Source: Oscillospiraceae bacterium
GTDB taxonomy: Bacteria; Bacillota; Clostridia; Oscillospirales; Oscillospiraceae
NCBI GenBank assembly: GCA_017395935.1
Contig: JAFQNL010000035.1
Coordinates: 289 to 64,288, forward strand
Reading direction: 5' to 3'
DNA: 64,000 nt
Shown here piece after piece: positions 18,189 to 26,536 of the stretch; position 1 is the stretch's first letter; each line of letters begins with the position of its first letter. A program made the translations under genes and the position numbers. Under the pieces are notes generated by a model, which had not been told where the DNA came from, did not search any database, and saw nothing but the letters and a program-made list of their open reading frames with translations.

Positions 18189-20564
18189 TTAACGCAGCTC
18201 CACCACCGTGACGCCCATCTCGCCTTCGCCGAACCGGCCGGGTCGGAAGCTCTTGACGTACTTGCAGGAACGCAAATGCTGCTGAACGGCCTGTCGAAGG
18301 GCTCCGGTACCCTTTCCGTGAATAATGGTAACCGTCTGGAGCCGGGCCATCACGGCGTCGTCCAGAAAACGGTCGATCACTCCGTCACATTCGTCGGTCA
18401 TCATCCCCCGGATATCCAGCTCGGCCCGAGCGCCGGCAGAGCGGATCTCCCGTTGGATCCGGTTGGCCATCTTTTTCGCCTGCGCCTGAGCGTTGGTCTT
18501 TTGTCCTTCCACCACCCGGACCTCTTCCTGTCTGGCCGAGATGGTCAGGATGCCGGCCTGAAGACGAAGGGTGCCGTCCTTGCCGACGGAGATGACCTGA
18601 GCTTTGGTGCCCACCTTGATCAGCTCTACCGTATCTCCGGCCACGGCGGGCCGGGTAGCGGGCAGCTGCTCCTTCTGGGTTCGGGAGAGCTTGTCTGCCG
18701 CCTCGTTGATGCTTCGCCGGAGCTCTGCCCGACGCTGATTCTCCTCCTGAGCGGACTCCTCCTTCCGCTGGCGCTTCTTCATCTCGTCCAGCTGGTGGAA
18801 GACCTGATTGGAGACTGTGCGGGCCTCCTGAAGGATGGCCTCCGCCTCCTTCCGGGCCTCTTCGGTAATCTTGAGACGCTGGGTCTCCAACTCCTTTCGG
18901 TAGGCTGCCGCCTTCTCAGCGTCAGTCTCCATAGAGCGGCGGAGGTCCTCCGCCTCGGTCCGGGCCTGCTCCATCTCATGGCGCTGATGCTCCAGCTGGG
19001 TGAGCACATCCTCAAACTGGACGTTGTTCCGGTCGATTCGGCCGGCAGCGTTCTGAATGATATGCTCCGGAAGGCCCAAACGGCGGGAGATAGCAAAGGC
19101 GTTGGACTTGCCGGGAATACCGATCAGCAGCCGGTAGGTGGGCTTCAGCGTCTCCACATCAAACTCGCAGGAGGCGTTTTCCACCCCTCGTTCGGTCATG
19201 GCGTAGGTCTTGAGCTCGGCGTAGTGGGTGGTTGCTGCCACCCGGGCTCCCAGACTTCTGGCCTCTTCAATAACGGCTACGGCCAGCGCCGCGCCCTCGA
19301 TCGGATCGGTGCCGGCACCCAGCTCGTCAAACAGGATCAGGGTATTCTCGTCCGTCTCCTCCAGAAAGCCCACGATATTGGTGATATGGGAAGAGAAGGT
19401 GGACAGAGACTGCTCAATAGACTGCTCGTCACCGATATCGGCCAGCACCGCTCCATAGACCGGGCAGCGGCTGCCGTCGGCTACCGGCAGCTGAAGGCCG
19501 CACTGGGCCATCAGTACCAGAAGACCGATGGTCTTGAGGGTAACTGTCTTGCCTCCGGTATTGGGGCCGGTAATAACCAGCGTATCAAAGCTGATGCCCA
19601 GATTCACGTCGATGGGAACGGCGGTCTTCGGGTTAAGCAGCGGATGGCGGGCCTTGACAAAGAGAAGGGAGCCGTCCTCGGTGAGCTCAGGCTGAATGGC
19701 CTCCATCTGATAGGCCAGCTTAGCCCGGGCGAAGATCATATCCAGACCTACCAGCAGGGTATAGTCGTCCAGAATACTCTCCCGGTAGCCGGCAGCCTCA
19801 TTGGACAGCTCGGCCAAAATTCTGGCGATCTCCTTTTCTTCCCGGGCATAGAGCTCCCGAAGCTCGTTATTGGCCTTGACGGCGGCCATAGGCTCCACAA
19901 AGAAGGTGGAGCCGGAGGAGGAGACGTCGTGGACCAGGCCGGGGACCAGACCCTTAAACTCAGACTTGACCGGAACTACAAAACGGTTGGACCGGATGGT
20001 AATAATCGGCTCCTGCAGATACTTTGCCGCAGAGGAGGAGATCAGATGCTGCAGCACCTCCCGGGCCTTGCCCGAGGAGACCCGGATCTTCCGGCGAATA
20101 TCCGCCAGCTCGGGGCTTGCGTTATCCGCGATCTCCTCTTCCGACAAAATAGCGCCGAAAATCCGGTCTTCCAGCGTCTTATTGGCCCGCAGAGAGCGGA
20201 ACATCTGGTCAATGCAGGTGGAATTCTCTCCGTCTCCCATGCAGCTCTGCGCCGTCCGTGCACAGCGAAGAACGCCGGCAATATCCAGCAGCTCCCGGGG
20301 ATTCAGGGCTCCGCCCAGATCAGCCCGCTGGAGTGCGGCGTCCACCGGCTTCAGACCGCCAAAGGTTGGGGTATTGCCCCGATCCATCATGGACCGGGCA
20401 GCAGCGGTCTCTGCCTGCAGGATCTGAACGTCCTTCAGCCAGCCGCTGGGCCGCATTTTCCGGCAGCGCTCCTGTGCCTCCAGGCTGACGGCTTTTTTGG
20501 CCAGCAGCTCCAGCACCTGGGGCAGCTCCAGTGTGCGGATTGATTTTTCATATCGCTCTGTCAT
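18189..20564 (-). CDS. mutS2: Endonuclease MutS2 (MutS domain plus C-terminal Smr)
   Basis: 791 aa. Walker A GPNTGGKT; C-terminal Smr LDIRGMMTDE...IIHGKGTGALR. Confidence 0.96.
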   Translation of the reverse strand: MTERYEKSIRTLELPQVLELLAKKAVSLEAQERCRKMRPSGWLKDVQILQAETAAARSMMDRGNTPTFGGLKPVDAALQRADLGGALNPRELLDIAGVLRCARTAQSCMGDGENSTCIDQMFRSLRANKTLEDRIFGAILSEEEIADNASPELADIRRKIRVSSGKAREVLQHLISSSAAKYLQEPIITIRSNRFVVPVKSEFKGLVPGLVHDVSSSGSTFFVEPMAAVKANNELRELYAREEKEIARILAELSNEAAGYRESILDDYTLLVGLDMIFARAKLAYQMEAIQPELTEDGSLLFVKARHPLLNPKTAVPIDVNLGISFDTLVITGPNTGGKTVTLKTIGLLVLMAQCGLQLPVADGSRCPVYGAVLADIGDEQSIEQSLSTFSSHITNIVGFLEETDENTLILFDELGAGTDPIEGAALAVAVIEEARSLGARVAATTHYAELKTYAMTERGVENASCEFDVETLKPTYRLLIGIPGKSNAFAISRRLGLPEHIIQNAAGRIDRNNVQFEDVLTQLEHQRHEMEQARTEAEDLRRSMETDAEKAAAYRKELETQRLKITEEARKEAEAILQEARTVSNQVFHQLDEMKKRQRKEESAQEENQRRAELRRSINEAADKLSRTQKEQLPATRPAVAGDTVELIKVGTKAQVISVGKDGTLRLQAGILTISARQEEVRVVEGQKTNAQAQAKKMANRIQREIRSAGARAELDIRGMMTDECDGVIDRFLDDAVMARLQTVTIIHGKGTGALRQAVQQHLRSCKYVKSFRPGRFGEGEMGVTVVELR

Positions 20565-20581
20565 AAAAATGACTCCTCAGT

Positions 20582-21349
20582 TCAGGAGCTGAATACGGTT
20601 TTTGGGACCTGCAGCTCCTTATAATAGTCCAGTGTACGGAAGCCCCGTTCCAGCTGGGTGAGCAGATAGGCTTCGCTCACGTCGGCCAGCTGAGCCAGTT
20701 CCTTCTTTCCCAAGCGGAAGGACAGCAGCTTCTTTCCGGGGCAATTGACGATGTAATTCATAGCCCGAAGGGTCTCCGGACTTAGGGGCATGGAGATGCC
20801 CTCTCCGGCCTCTTCCTTGCAGGCCGGGCAATGGAGGATGCCCTGAGTCAGATTAAGTCGGGGCTGTTCCGGCATCCGGCCGCAGATGGCACAGCCGTCC
20901 AGCAGCGGCTCAAAGCCGGCCAGACTCATACAGCGCACTTCAAAGGCAGCCTTTATCTGTTCCAGCGGCCGATCCAGCGTATCCAGCGCATAGAGGCAGT
21001 TGAGCAGCAGCGGCAGCAGATCGTCTGCCGGACTCTCCTCCTGAACGATACTGTCCAGCACGTCGGCAAAATAGGCGCCCAGAGCCAGCCTGTCCAGATC
21101 CGAGCGCAGTCGGCGGAACTCCAGCTCCACCGCCGCCTCCGTCACCGTCCAGCGGCCCCGAAACTCGGACAGCGTCATCTCCGACCAGACCAGCATCTGG
21201 CAGGCGGCGGACAGACCATTGCCCTTCTTCCGGCAGCCCCGGGCGTGAACGGTAATCTTGCCCAGTTCCTCGGTCAGCAGGGTGAGAATCTTGTCCGACT
21301 CCTTATAGGCAGCCTCCCTCAGGACGATCGCTTTGGTTGTCACGTGCAA
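20582..21349 (-). CDS. recO: DNA repair protein RecO
   Basis: 255 aa. OB-fold N-terminus, Cys-rich CAICG...CPAC zinc motif, position next to era. Confidence 0.88.
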   Translation of the reverse strand: MHVTTKAIVLREAAYKESDKILTLLTEELGKITVHARGCRKKGNGLSAACQMLVWSEMTLSEFRGRWTVTEAAVELEFRRLRSDLDRLALGAYFADVLDSIVQEESPADDLLPLLLNCLYALDTLDRPLEQIKAAFEVRCMSLAGFEPLLDGCAICGRMPEQPRLNLTQGILHCPACKEEAGEGISMPLSPETLRAMNYIVNCPGKKLLSFRLGKKELAQLADVSEAYLLTQLERGFRTLDYYKELQVPKTVFSS

Positions 21350-21379
21350 GTCTCACACCTCCCGACACTTCTCGTTCCA

Positions 21380-22132
21380 TCAGGCCATTGCCATGCAGAC
21401 CACTGCCAGCAGGAGCAGATGGATAGGGTAAAACAGGTAAAAGAACCACTTGTTGCCTCTGCCCCGCTGGCCGTTGTAGAGCAGGGCGAGCACCAGTCCC
21501 AGCACGGCCCAGTGCTCAATATCATTGTTCTCCATGACGCAGTAGACCAGAATGGAGGTGCTGCCCAGCAACAGCTGAGCCATTCCTCTCCCCATTCCCG
21601 GCTCCCGGACCAGACTCCGGCCGACAAACAGGGCGGCAATCAGACCTACGCCGAAGCCGGCATAGTCGGTCATCAGCAGTTCCCCTCCGGCCACAGCGGG
21701 AATGGCCGCCAGAGCAGTGGCCGCCGCCGGATGCAGATTCAGCCTGCGACTCAGCTCCCAGCTGAACCAGATCGCCAGAAAACCCAGAAGCAGAGTAAAA
21801 AAGACATTCTGCCCCTGAGGATAAAAGACCGTTTTCTCAATGGCCAGATCAAAGGGAATCTCGGCCAGCAGGCAGAACAATCCCAATCGAAGAGCGTATT
21901 TTTTCCGGTCCCGGGTATAGAAGAAGCCCTCTACCAGCAGAAAGCAGAAGATTGGAAACGCCACCCGGCCCACAGTGCGCAAACCGTAGTAGCAGTCGTA
22001 GAGCACCATAGTAGGCTGGCGCAGATAGAGCTCCAGCACCACCGTGGCTCCCAAATGGTCCAGAAACATAGTAAGGATGGCCACCCATTTCAGGGCGCTG
22101 CCGGACAGCCCGGCTCCCTGCCGCAGGCTCAT
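21380..22132 (-). CDS. TraX family membrane protein
   Basis: 250 aa. LKWVAILTMFLDHLG N-terminal motif typical of the TraX family. Polytopic membrane protein. Confidence 0.75.
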   Translation of the reverse strand: MSLRQGAGLSGSALKWVAILTMFLDHLGATVVLELYLRQPTMVLYDCYYGLRTVGRVAFPIFCFLLVEGFFYTRDRKKYALRLGLFCLLAEIPFDLAIEKTVFYPQGQNVFFTLLLGFLAIWFSWELSRRLNLHPAAATALAAIPAVAGGELLMTDYAGFGVGLIAALFVGRSLVREPGMGRGMAQLLLGSTSILVYCVMENNDIEHWAVLGLVLALLYNGQRGRGNKWFFYLFYPIHLLLLAVVCMAMA

Positions 22133-22136
22133 CCGC

Positions 22137-23036
22137 TCACTCCTCGGTAAAGCCGAAGGAGCGGATCAGGCCGGGATTGTCCCGCCAGTTCTCCTTGACC
22201 TTGACCCAGGTCTGAAGGTAGACTTTGGCGTCCAGAAAGCGCTCCATATCCTCCCGGGCCTGGGAAGACATTTTCTTGAGCATGGCTCCCTTTTTGCCGA
22301 TAATGATGCCCTTATGGCTGTCCTTTTCGCAGTAGATAATGGCCTCAATGTCAATCACGCCGTCCTTGCGCTCGTGAAAGCGCTCGATGGAAACGGCAGT
22401 GCCATGGGGGATCTCCTTGTCCAGCGAGCGCAGCAGTTTCTCACGGAGAATCTCCCCTACGATCTGCCGCTCAGGCTGGTCAGTGATGGCGTCCTCCGGG
22501 AAGTACCAGGGGGACTCCACCTGATACTCCTCCAGCAGACGGAAGAGTTCCTCTACGCCCTCTCCCTCCTTGGCGGACATGGGCAGAATGGCGTCAAACT
22601 GATGGACCTGCTGGTAGGCGTCGATGACGGACAGCAGCTTGTCTTTCTGCTCTACCCGGTCGATCTTATTGATGATCAGGATGGAGGGCACACCCAGCTG
22701 ATCCATCCGGTGCATAAGCTCCTCCTCGGCCTTGCCGGGAGCGGGGACGGGCTCCACCACCAGAATGGCCACGTCTACGTCGGCCACGCTGGAGCGGGAG
22801 ACATTGTCCATGAACTCACCCAGTCGGGTCTTGGCCTTGTGCAGGCCGGGTGTGTCCAAAAAGATATACTGGGCGCTTCCCCGGGTCACAACGCCGGTGA
22901 TCCGGTTCCGGGTGGTCTGGGGCTTGTCGGAGACGATGGCCACGTTTTCGCCTACAAGGGCGTTGAGCAGGGTGGACTTGCCCACATTGGGCCGCCCCAC
23001 GATGGCGATCATTCCGCAGGTGGTAATATGATCCAT
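22137..23036 (-). CDS. era: GTPase Era
   Basis: 299 aa. GRPNVGKST, DTPG, NKID G-motifs and a KH domain. Confidence 0.97.
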   Translation of the reverse strand: MDHITTCGMIAIVGRPNVGKSTLLNALVGENVAIVSDKPQTTRNRITGVVTRGSAQYIFLDTPGLHKAKTRLGEFMDNVSRSSVADVDVAILVVEPVPAPGKAEEELMHRMDQLGVPSILIINKIDRVEQKDKLLSVIDAYQQVHQFDAILPMSAKEGEGVEELFRLLEEYQVESPWYFPEDAITDQPERQIVGEILREKLLRSLDKEIPHGTAVSIERFHERKDGVIDIEAIIYCEKDSHKGIIIGKKGAMLKKMSSQAREDMERFLDAKVYLQTWVKVKENWRDNPGLIRSFGFTEE

Positions 23037-23073
23037 GATAGTACCTCGGTTTTTCTTTTGTTTTGCCGGCCGC

Positions 23074-23574
23074 TCAGCGTTCCAGCTTCATAACGGCCAT
23101 AATGGCCTCTTCCCGCTCTCTCATCTGACGCTTTTCTTCCCCTTCGTCCATATGATCGTAGCCCAGCAGATGGAGCACCGAGTGAACGCAGAGATAACCC
23201 AGCTCCCGCTCTGTCGAGTGGCCGAATTCCTCTGCCTGAGCCACGGCTCTCTGATAAGAGATGACCATATCGCCCAGAGGGACCAGTCCGGTCTCCGGGT
23301 CCTCTTCCAGTTCCTCGCTCTCGGAAGGGACGCCGGGCCGGAAATAAAACATGGGGAAGGAGAGCACGTCGGTGGGACTGTCAATCTCCCGGGTCTCGGC
23401 ATTGATCTGCCGAATCCCCTCGTCGTCGGTAATGAGCACATTTACCTCGCAGTCGAAGTCCACCTGCTGCTGATCGAGAGCAGTCTCAATGCAGCGTACC
23501 AGCAGCTGCTCATAGGGGAACTGTTCTTCCAGTTCGCTGTCCAGAATAATCCTGTGTTCCATAGCGCGCCTCAC
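23074..23574 (-). CDS. ybeY: rRNA maturation endoribonuclease YbeY
   Basis: 166 aa. HSVLHLLGYDH zinc motif. Confidence 0.95.
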   Translation of the reverse strand: MRRAMEHRIILDSELEEQFPYEQLLVRCIETALDQQQVDFDCEVNVLITDDEGIRQINAETREIDSPTDVLSFPMFYFRPGVPSESEELEEDPETGLVPLGDMVISYQRAVAQAEEFGHSTERELGYLCVHSVLHLLGYDHMDEGEEKRQMREREEAIMAVMKLER

Positions 23575-24548
23575 TTCTTTTTCTTCTCTTTGTCCTGCCG
23601 CTGCTCGTCGTCCTCGTAGGCCTTGATGATCCGCTGGACCAGCACGTGGCGAACGACGTCGGAGCCGGAGAGCCGGCAGATAGCGATATCTTCCACGCCC
23701 TTGAGCACCCGCATCGCCTCCTTCAGACCGGAGACCTTGTCGCTGGGCAGGTCGATCTGAGTGACGTCGCCGGTGATCACGATCTTGGAGCCAAAGCCCA
23801 TACGGGTCAGGAACATCTTCATCTGCTCCCGGGAGGTATTCTGTGCCTCGTCCAGAATAATAAAGGAATCGTCCAGCGTCCGGCCGCGCATATAGGCCAG
23901 CGGTGCCACCTCGATATTGCCCCGCTCCACATACTTCTCATAGGTCTCCGGACCCAGCATCTCAAACAGGGCGTCATACAGCGGCCGCAGGTAAGGATCT
24001 ACCTTGCTCTGCAGGTCACCGGGAAGAAAGCCCAGCCGCTCACCGGCCTCAACGGCAGGTCGGGTGAGGATAATCCGGTTGACTTCCTTGGCCCGGAAGG
24101 CGGCCACCGCGGCGGCAACGGCCAGATAGGTCTTGCCGGTACCTGCAGGGCCTACACCCAGCGTGATGGTGTTTTTTTGAATGGCCCGGACATACTTGGT
24201 CTGGCCCACCGTCTTGGCCTTGATGGGCTTGCCCCGGGCAGTGATACAGAGCACATCCCGGCCAAAGGAGTCAATCTCATCGGCCCGGCCAGCCCGGACC
24301 AGCGAGATCACATAGCGGATGGTCTGCTCGCTGATCTCCTCACCCCGGCTGATCAGGGTCATAAGGCCATTGATGGCCTGAATGGCCCAGCGGACCATCT
24401 CCCCGTCGCCGCTGACCTTCAGCTCGCTGTCCCGGCTGACAATGGAGACATTGAACTCCCGCTCCAGATGGCGGATATTTTCATCGAAGGCGCCGAACAG
24501 GGTGACGGCCTCCTCCATACGCTCGATATTGATGCTATGCTCGATCAA
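23571..24548 (-). CDS. phoH: PhoH-like ATPase
   Basis: 325 aa. Walker A GPAGTGKTYLA and FIILDEAQN. Confidence 0.95.
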   Translation of the reverse strand: MIEHSINIERMEEAVTLFGAFDENIRHLEREFNVSIVSRDSELKVSGDGEMVRWAIQAINGLMTLISRGEEISEQTIRYVISLVRAGRADEIDSFGRDVLCITARGKPIKAKTVGQTKYVRAIQKNTITLGVGPAGTGKTYLAVAAAVAAFRAKEVNRIILTRPAVEAGERLGFLPGDLQSKVDPYLRPLYDALFEMLGPETYEKYVERGNIEVAPLAYMRGRTLDDSFIILDEAQNTSREQMKMFLTRMGFGSKIVITGDVTQIDLPSDKVSGLKEAMRVLKGVEDIAICRLSGSDVVRHVLVQRIIKAYEDDEQRQDKEKKKK

Positions 24549-24586
24549 GTATACTCATCTCTTTCTGTCGCGGCAGCCCCTGCCGC

Positions 24587-25786
24587 TTAGTTGAGCCTCA
24601 CCCGCTGTCCGATATCCTCCAGACACTGGGCTTCCAGCGTCACGTAGAGGGCCCCCTGCCGCTGCTCAGTCGTCCAGCGCAGAGAGAGGATCGTTCCGTC
24701 CGAAAGCTGTCCGGCCAGCCGCTCTTCCAGCAAAGCCTTGAGCTGCCGCTCCGTTCGCTCCGCTTCCAGTCTCTGGGGCGTCTGCTGCCAGCTCCGCCAG
24801 CCAAGAGACCAGACCCCGAAGGGGAGACGACTTTCGTCAGGAAGGGTGAGGGGATACAGTATGGCTATTTTATCACAGGCAGTATCCAAAATGCTACTAT
24901 TTCTATAAAAATTGAGTCGTCTGCCCAAAACTTCCAGCCCCCATCGCCGTGTCTCCTCTCCCTGCTCTTCCTCCGGTATCAGCGCCGTCAGCGGAGCCGC
25001 AGCGGACAGACAGCGGCGTGTATAGGCCATAACCCGGCCCTGTGCCCGGATCTGGCGGAAGCCAAAGCTGCCGCCGCTGCCGTCAGCCAGTTTGTGGGTG
25101 ATGAGTCCGGAAATGAGCACCTGCCCTTTTTCTACTGCGTCTCCCGTCTCCACCAGCGCCCGGCCAGCCACATCCTCCACCTTCAGCACCACTCCCTCCC
25201 GGGCGGCAGCAATATCCACCTTCTCCCTCTCGTCCCGGACCTCCGGGGTGGGCGGACGCTCCCGGAGAATGACGGTGGCCCGGATGCCGGAGAGATTGAC
25301 CGCGCAGAAGCGCAGCTCCTCCAGACGCAGCATCATCCGGTTGGACAGTTCCCGTTCATCCACTGCCGGTCCATAGCTGCCCACCTTCAGCCCGCTGTCG
25401 GCCAGGGCCGCCAGCACCTCCGACCGGGTCAACTCCCGGTTTCCCTCCACCTCGATGACCAGTACCGTCTGCCCGGCAAGGGCAAAAAAGAGAGCCAACC
25501 CCATCAGCCCCACCGCCAGTCCATACCTGCCTCGGACTTTGCTCAGCAGACCCGGCAGCCCCATCAGGGCGGTCACCTCTCCCCGGCATCCCGCCTCTTC
25601 CATTACTTTCAGCGCCCGCCCCTTCCGGGCAAGAGGGAGCGTAAGGCTCAGAGCCTGCTCTGACTCCCGGCGCAGAGCCCAGAAGGGGATCCCATTCTGC
25701 GCCAGCCGGCTGCAGCAATATTCAGCCGCCGGTCCGGTAAGGCGGATCCGGACCGTTCCAAACAGGGCATGATACAGCCGCTGCAT
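24587..25786 (-). CDS. yqfD: Sporulation protein YqfD
   Basis: 399 aa. Single central TM and conserved yqfC-yqfD-phoH synteny. Confidence 0.8.
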   Translation of the reverse strand: MQRLYHALFGTVRIRLTGPAAEYCCSRLAQNGIPFWALRRESEQALSLTLPLARKGRALKVMEEAGCRGEVTALMGLPGLLSKVRGRYGLAVGLMGLALFFALAGQTVLVIEVEGNRELTRSEVLAALADSGLKVGSYGPAVDERELSNRMMLRLEELRFCAVNLSGIRATVILRERPPTPEVRDEREKVDIAAAREGVVLKVEDVAGRALVETGDAVEKGQVLISGLITHKLADGSGGSFGFRQIRAQGRVMAYTRRCLSAAAPLTALIPEEEQGEETRRWGLEVLGRRLNFYRNSSILDTACDKIAILYPLTLPDESRLPFGVWSLGWRSWQQTPQRLEAERTERQLKALLEERLAGQLSDGTILSLRWTTEQRQGALYVTLEAQCLEDIGQRVRLN

Positions 25787-25789
25787 CGC

Positions 25790-26062
25790 CTACTCCAGTT
25801 CCAGCGAGGTAATCCGGCCGGAGATACAGAGAGTATGGGCGGTCATCACCCGCAGCTCCAGCTCCCGTCCCCGGAGGCAGACCACCATCTTTCCGCCGCT
25901 GATATGGATCTCCTCCTCCCCGTAGCTGAGAATGCCCTTATGCCCCTCCATCCAGAACTCTCCCCGACCCAGCAGCTCTATCCGGGGCTGGCCCGGCGGG
26001 ATCTGATCCCGAACCTCGGCAGACGGCTGGTCCTGCCGCCGGAGCGCTTGCTTCCAGTCCAT
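25790..26062 (-). CDS. yqfC: Sporulation protein YqfC
   Basis: 90 aa, immediately upstream of yqfD. Beta-rich small protein of YqfC size and position. Confidence 0.75.
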   Translation of the reverse strand: MDWKQALRRQDQPSAEVRDQIPPGQPRIELLGRGEFWMEGHKGILSYGEEEIHISGGKMVVCLRGRELELRVMTAHTLCISGRITSLELE

Positions 26063-26332
26063 GGCGCCCCCTCCCTTCTCCCTTCAGTCTATGCCCGCCC
26101 CCGCCGTCCATACCTGTCAGGAGGTGAGGCGATTTTCCATACCTGTTTTGTGAGGTGTTAAAATTATGTAAACCATCCGTCCACAATATCTTGTGCGCCT
26201 GATTTTTTCCTTCCACAAGAGACCTCTGCTCCTCTTCCGGCCAGCGGAGAATCTTTTTCCCCGATGAGAGGGGGGGTGGGCGGTTTTCGGCGGAGCTTTC
26301 GCTCCTTTCCAGCATTCTTTGTCACCTTTTGT

Positions 26333-26390
26333 AATCTATATGTTGTGTTTCATTATGGTAAATTACCAGATTTGACCACAATATATAGTG
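26333..26390 (+). promoter_or_regulatory. Pair of NrdR-box-like palindromes upstream of nrdD
   Basis: aatctatatgttgtgt (~26333-26348) and accacaatatatagtg (~26375-26390) resemble the ACACAATATATTGTGT-type NrdR box. A candidate extended -10 tgatatagt follows at ~26440. Confidence 0.55.
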
Positions 26391-26536
26391 CCAAATTTAC
26401 TTTTCCCCCTTGCCTTTTCCCTCAATGTCTGATATAGTAAAACCTGTTCCAACGTGATTAGTCTGCCCGCCCGGCTTCGGACGAGCAGTTTCTTATGAGC
26501 AGATCAACCCCCTTTGCACAGAAAGAGAGGATTTCC

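Noticed and set aside
18276-20543. 755-aa antisense ORF covering mutS2. Similar cases occur at 6109-7290, 8524-9654, 20831-22150, 40786-41886, 44093-45595, 46588-47838, 51606-53201, 55155-56402 and 59040-60851.
   Set aside because: All mirror a well-supported gene on the other strand, lack an RBS or motifs, and have biased composition. I treated them as composition artefacts, not overlapping genes.
25938-26315. 125-aa minus-strand ORF upstream of and overlapping yqfC.
   Set aside because: It overlaps the yqfC start in another frame, is Gly/Pro/Ala/Arg-rich, and has no RBS.
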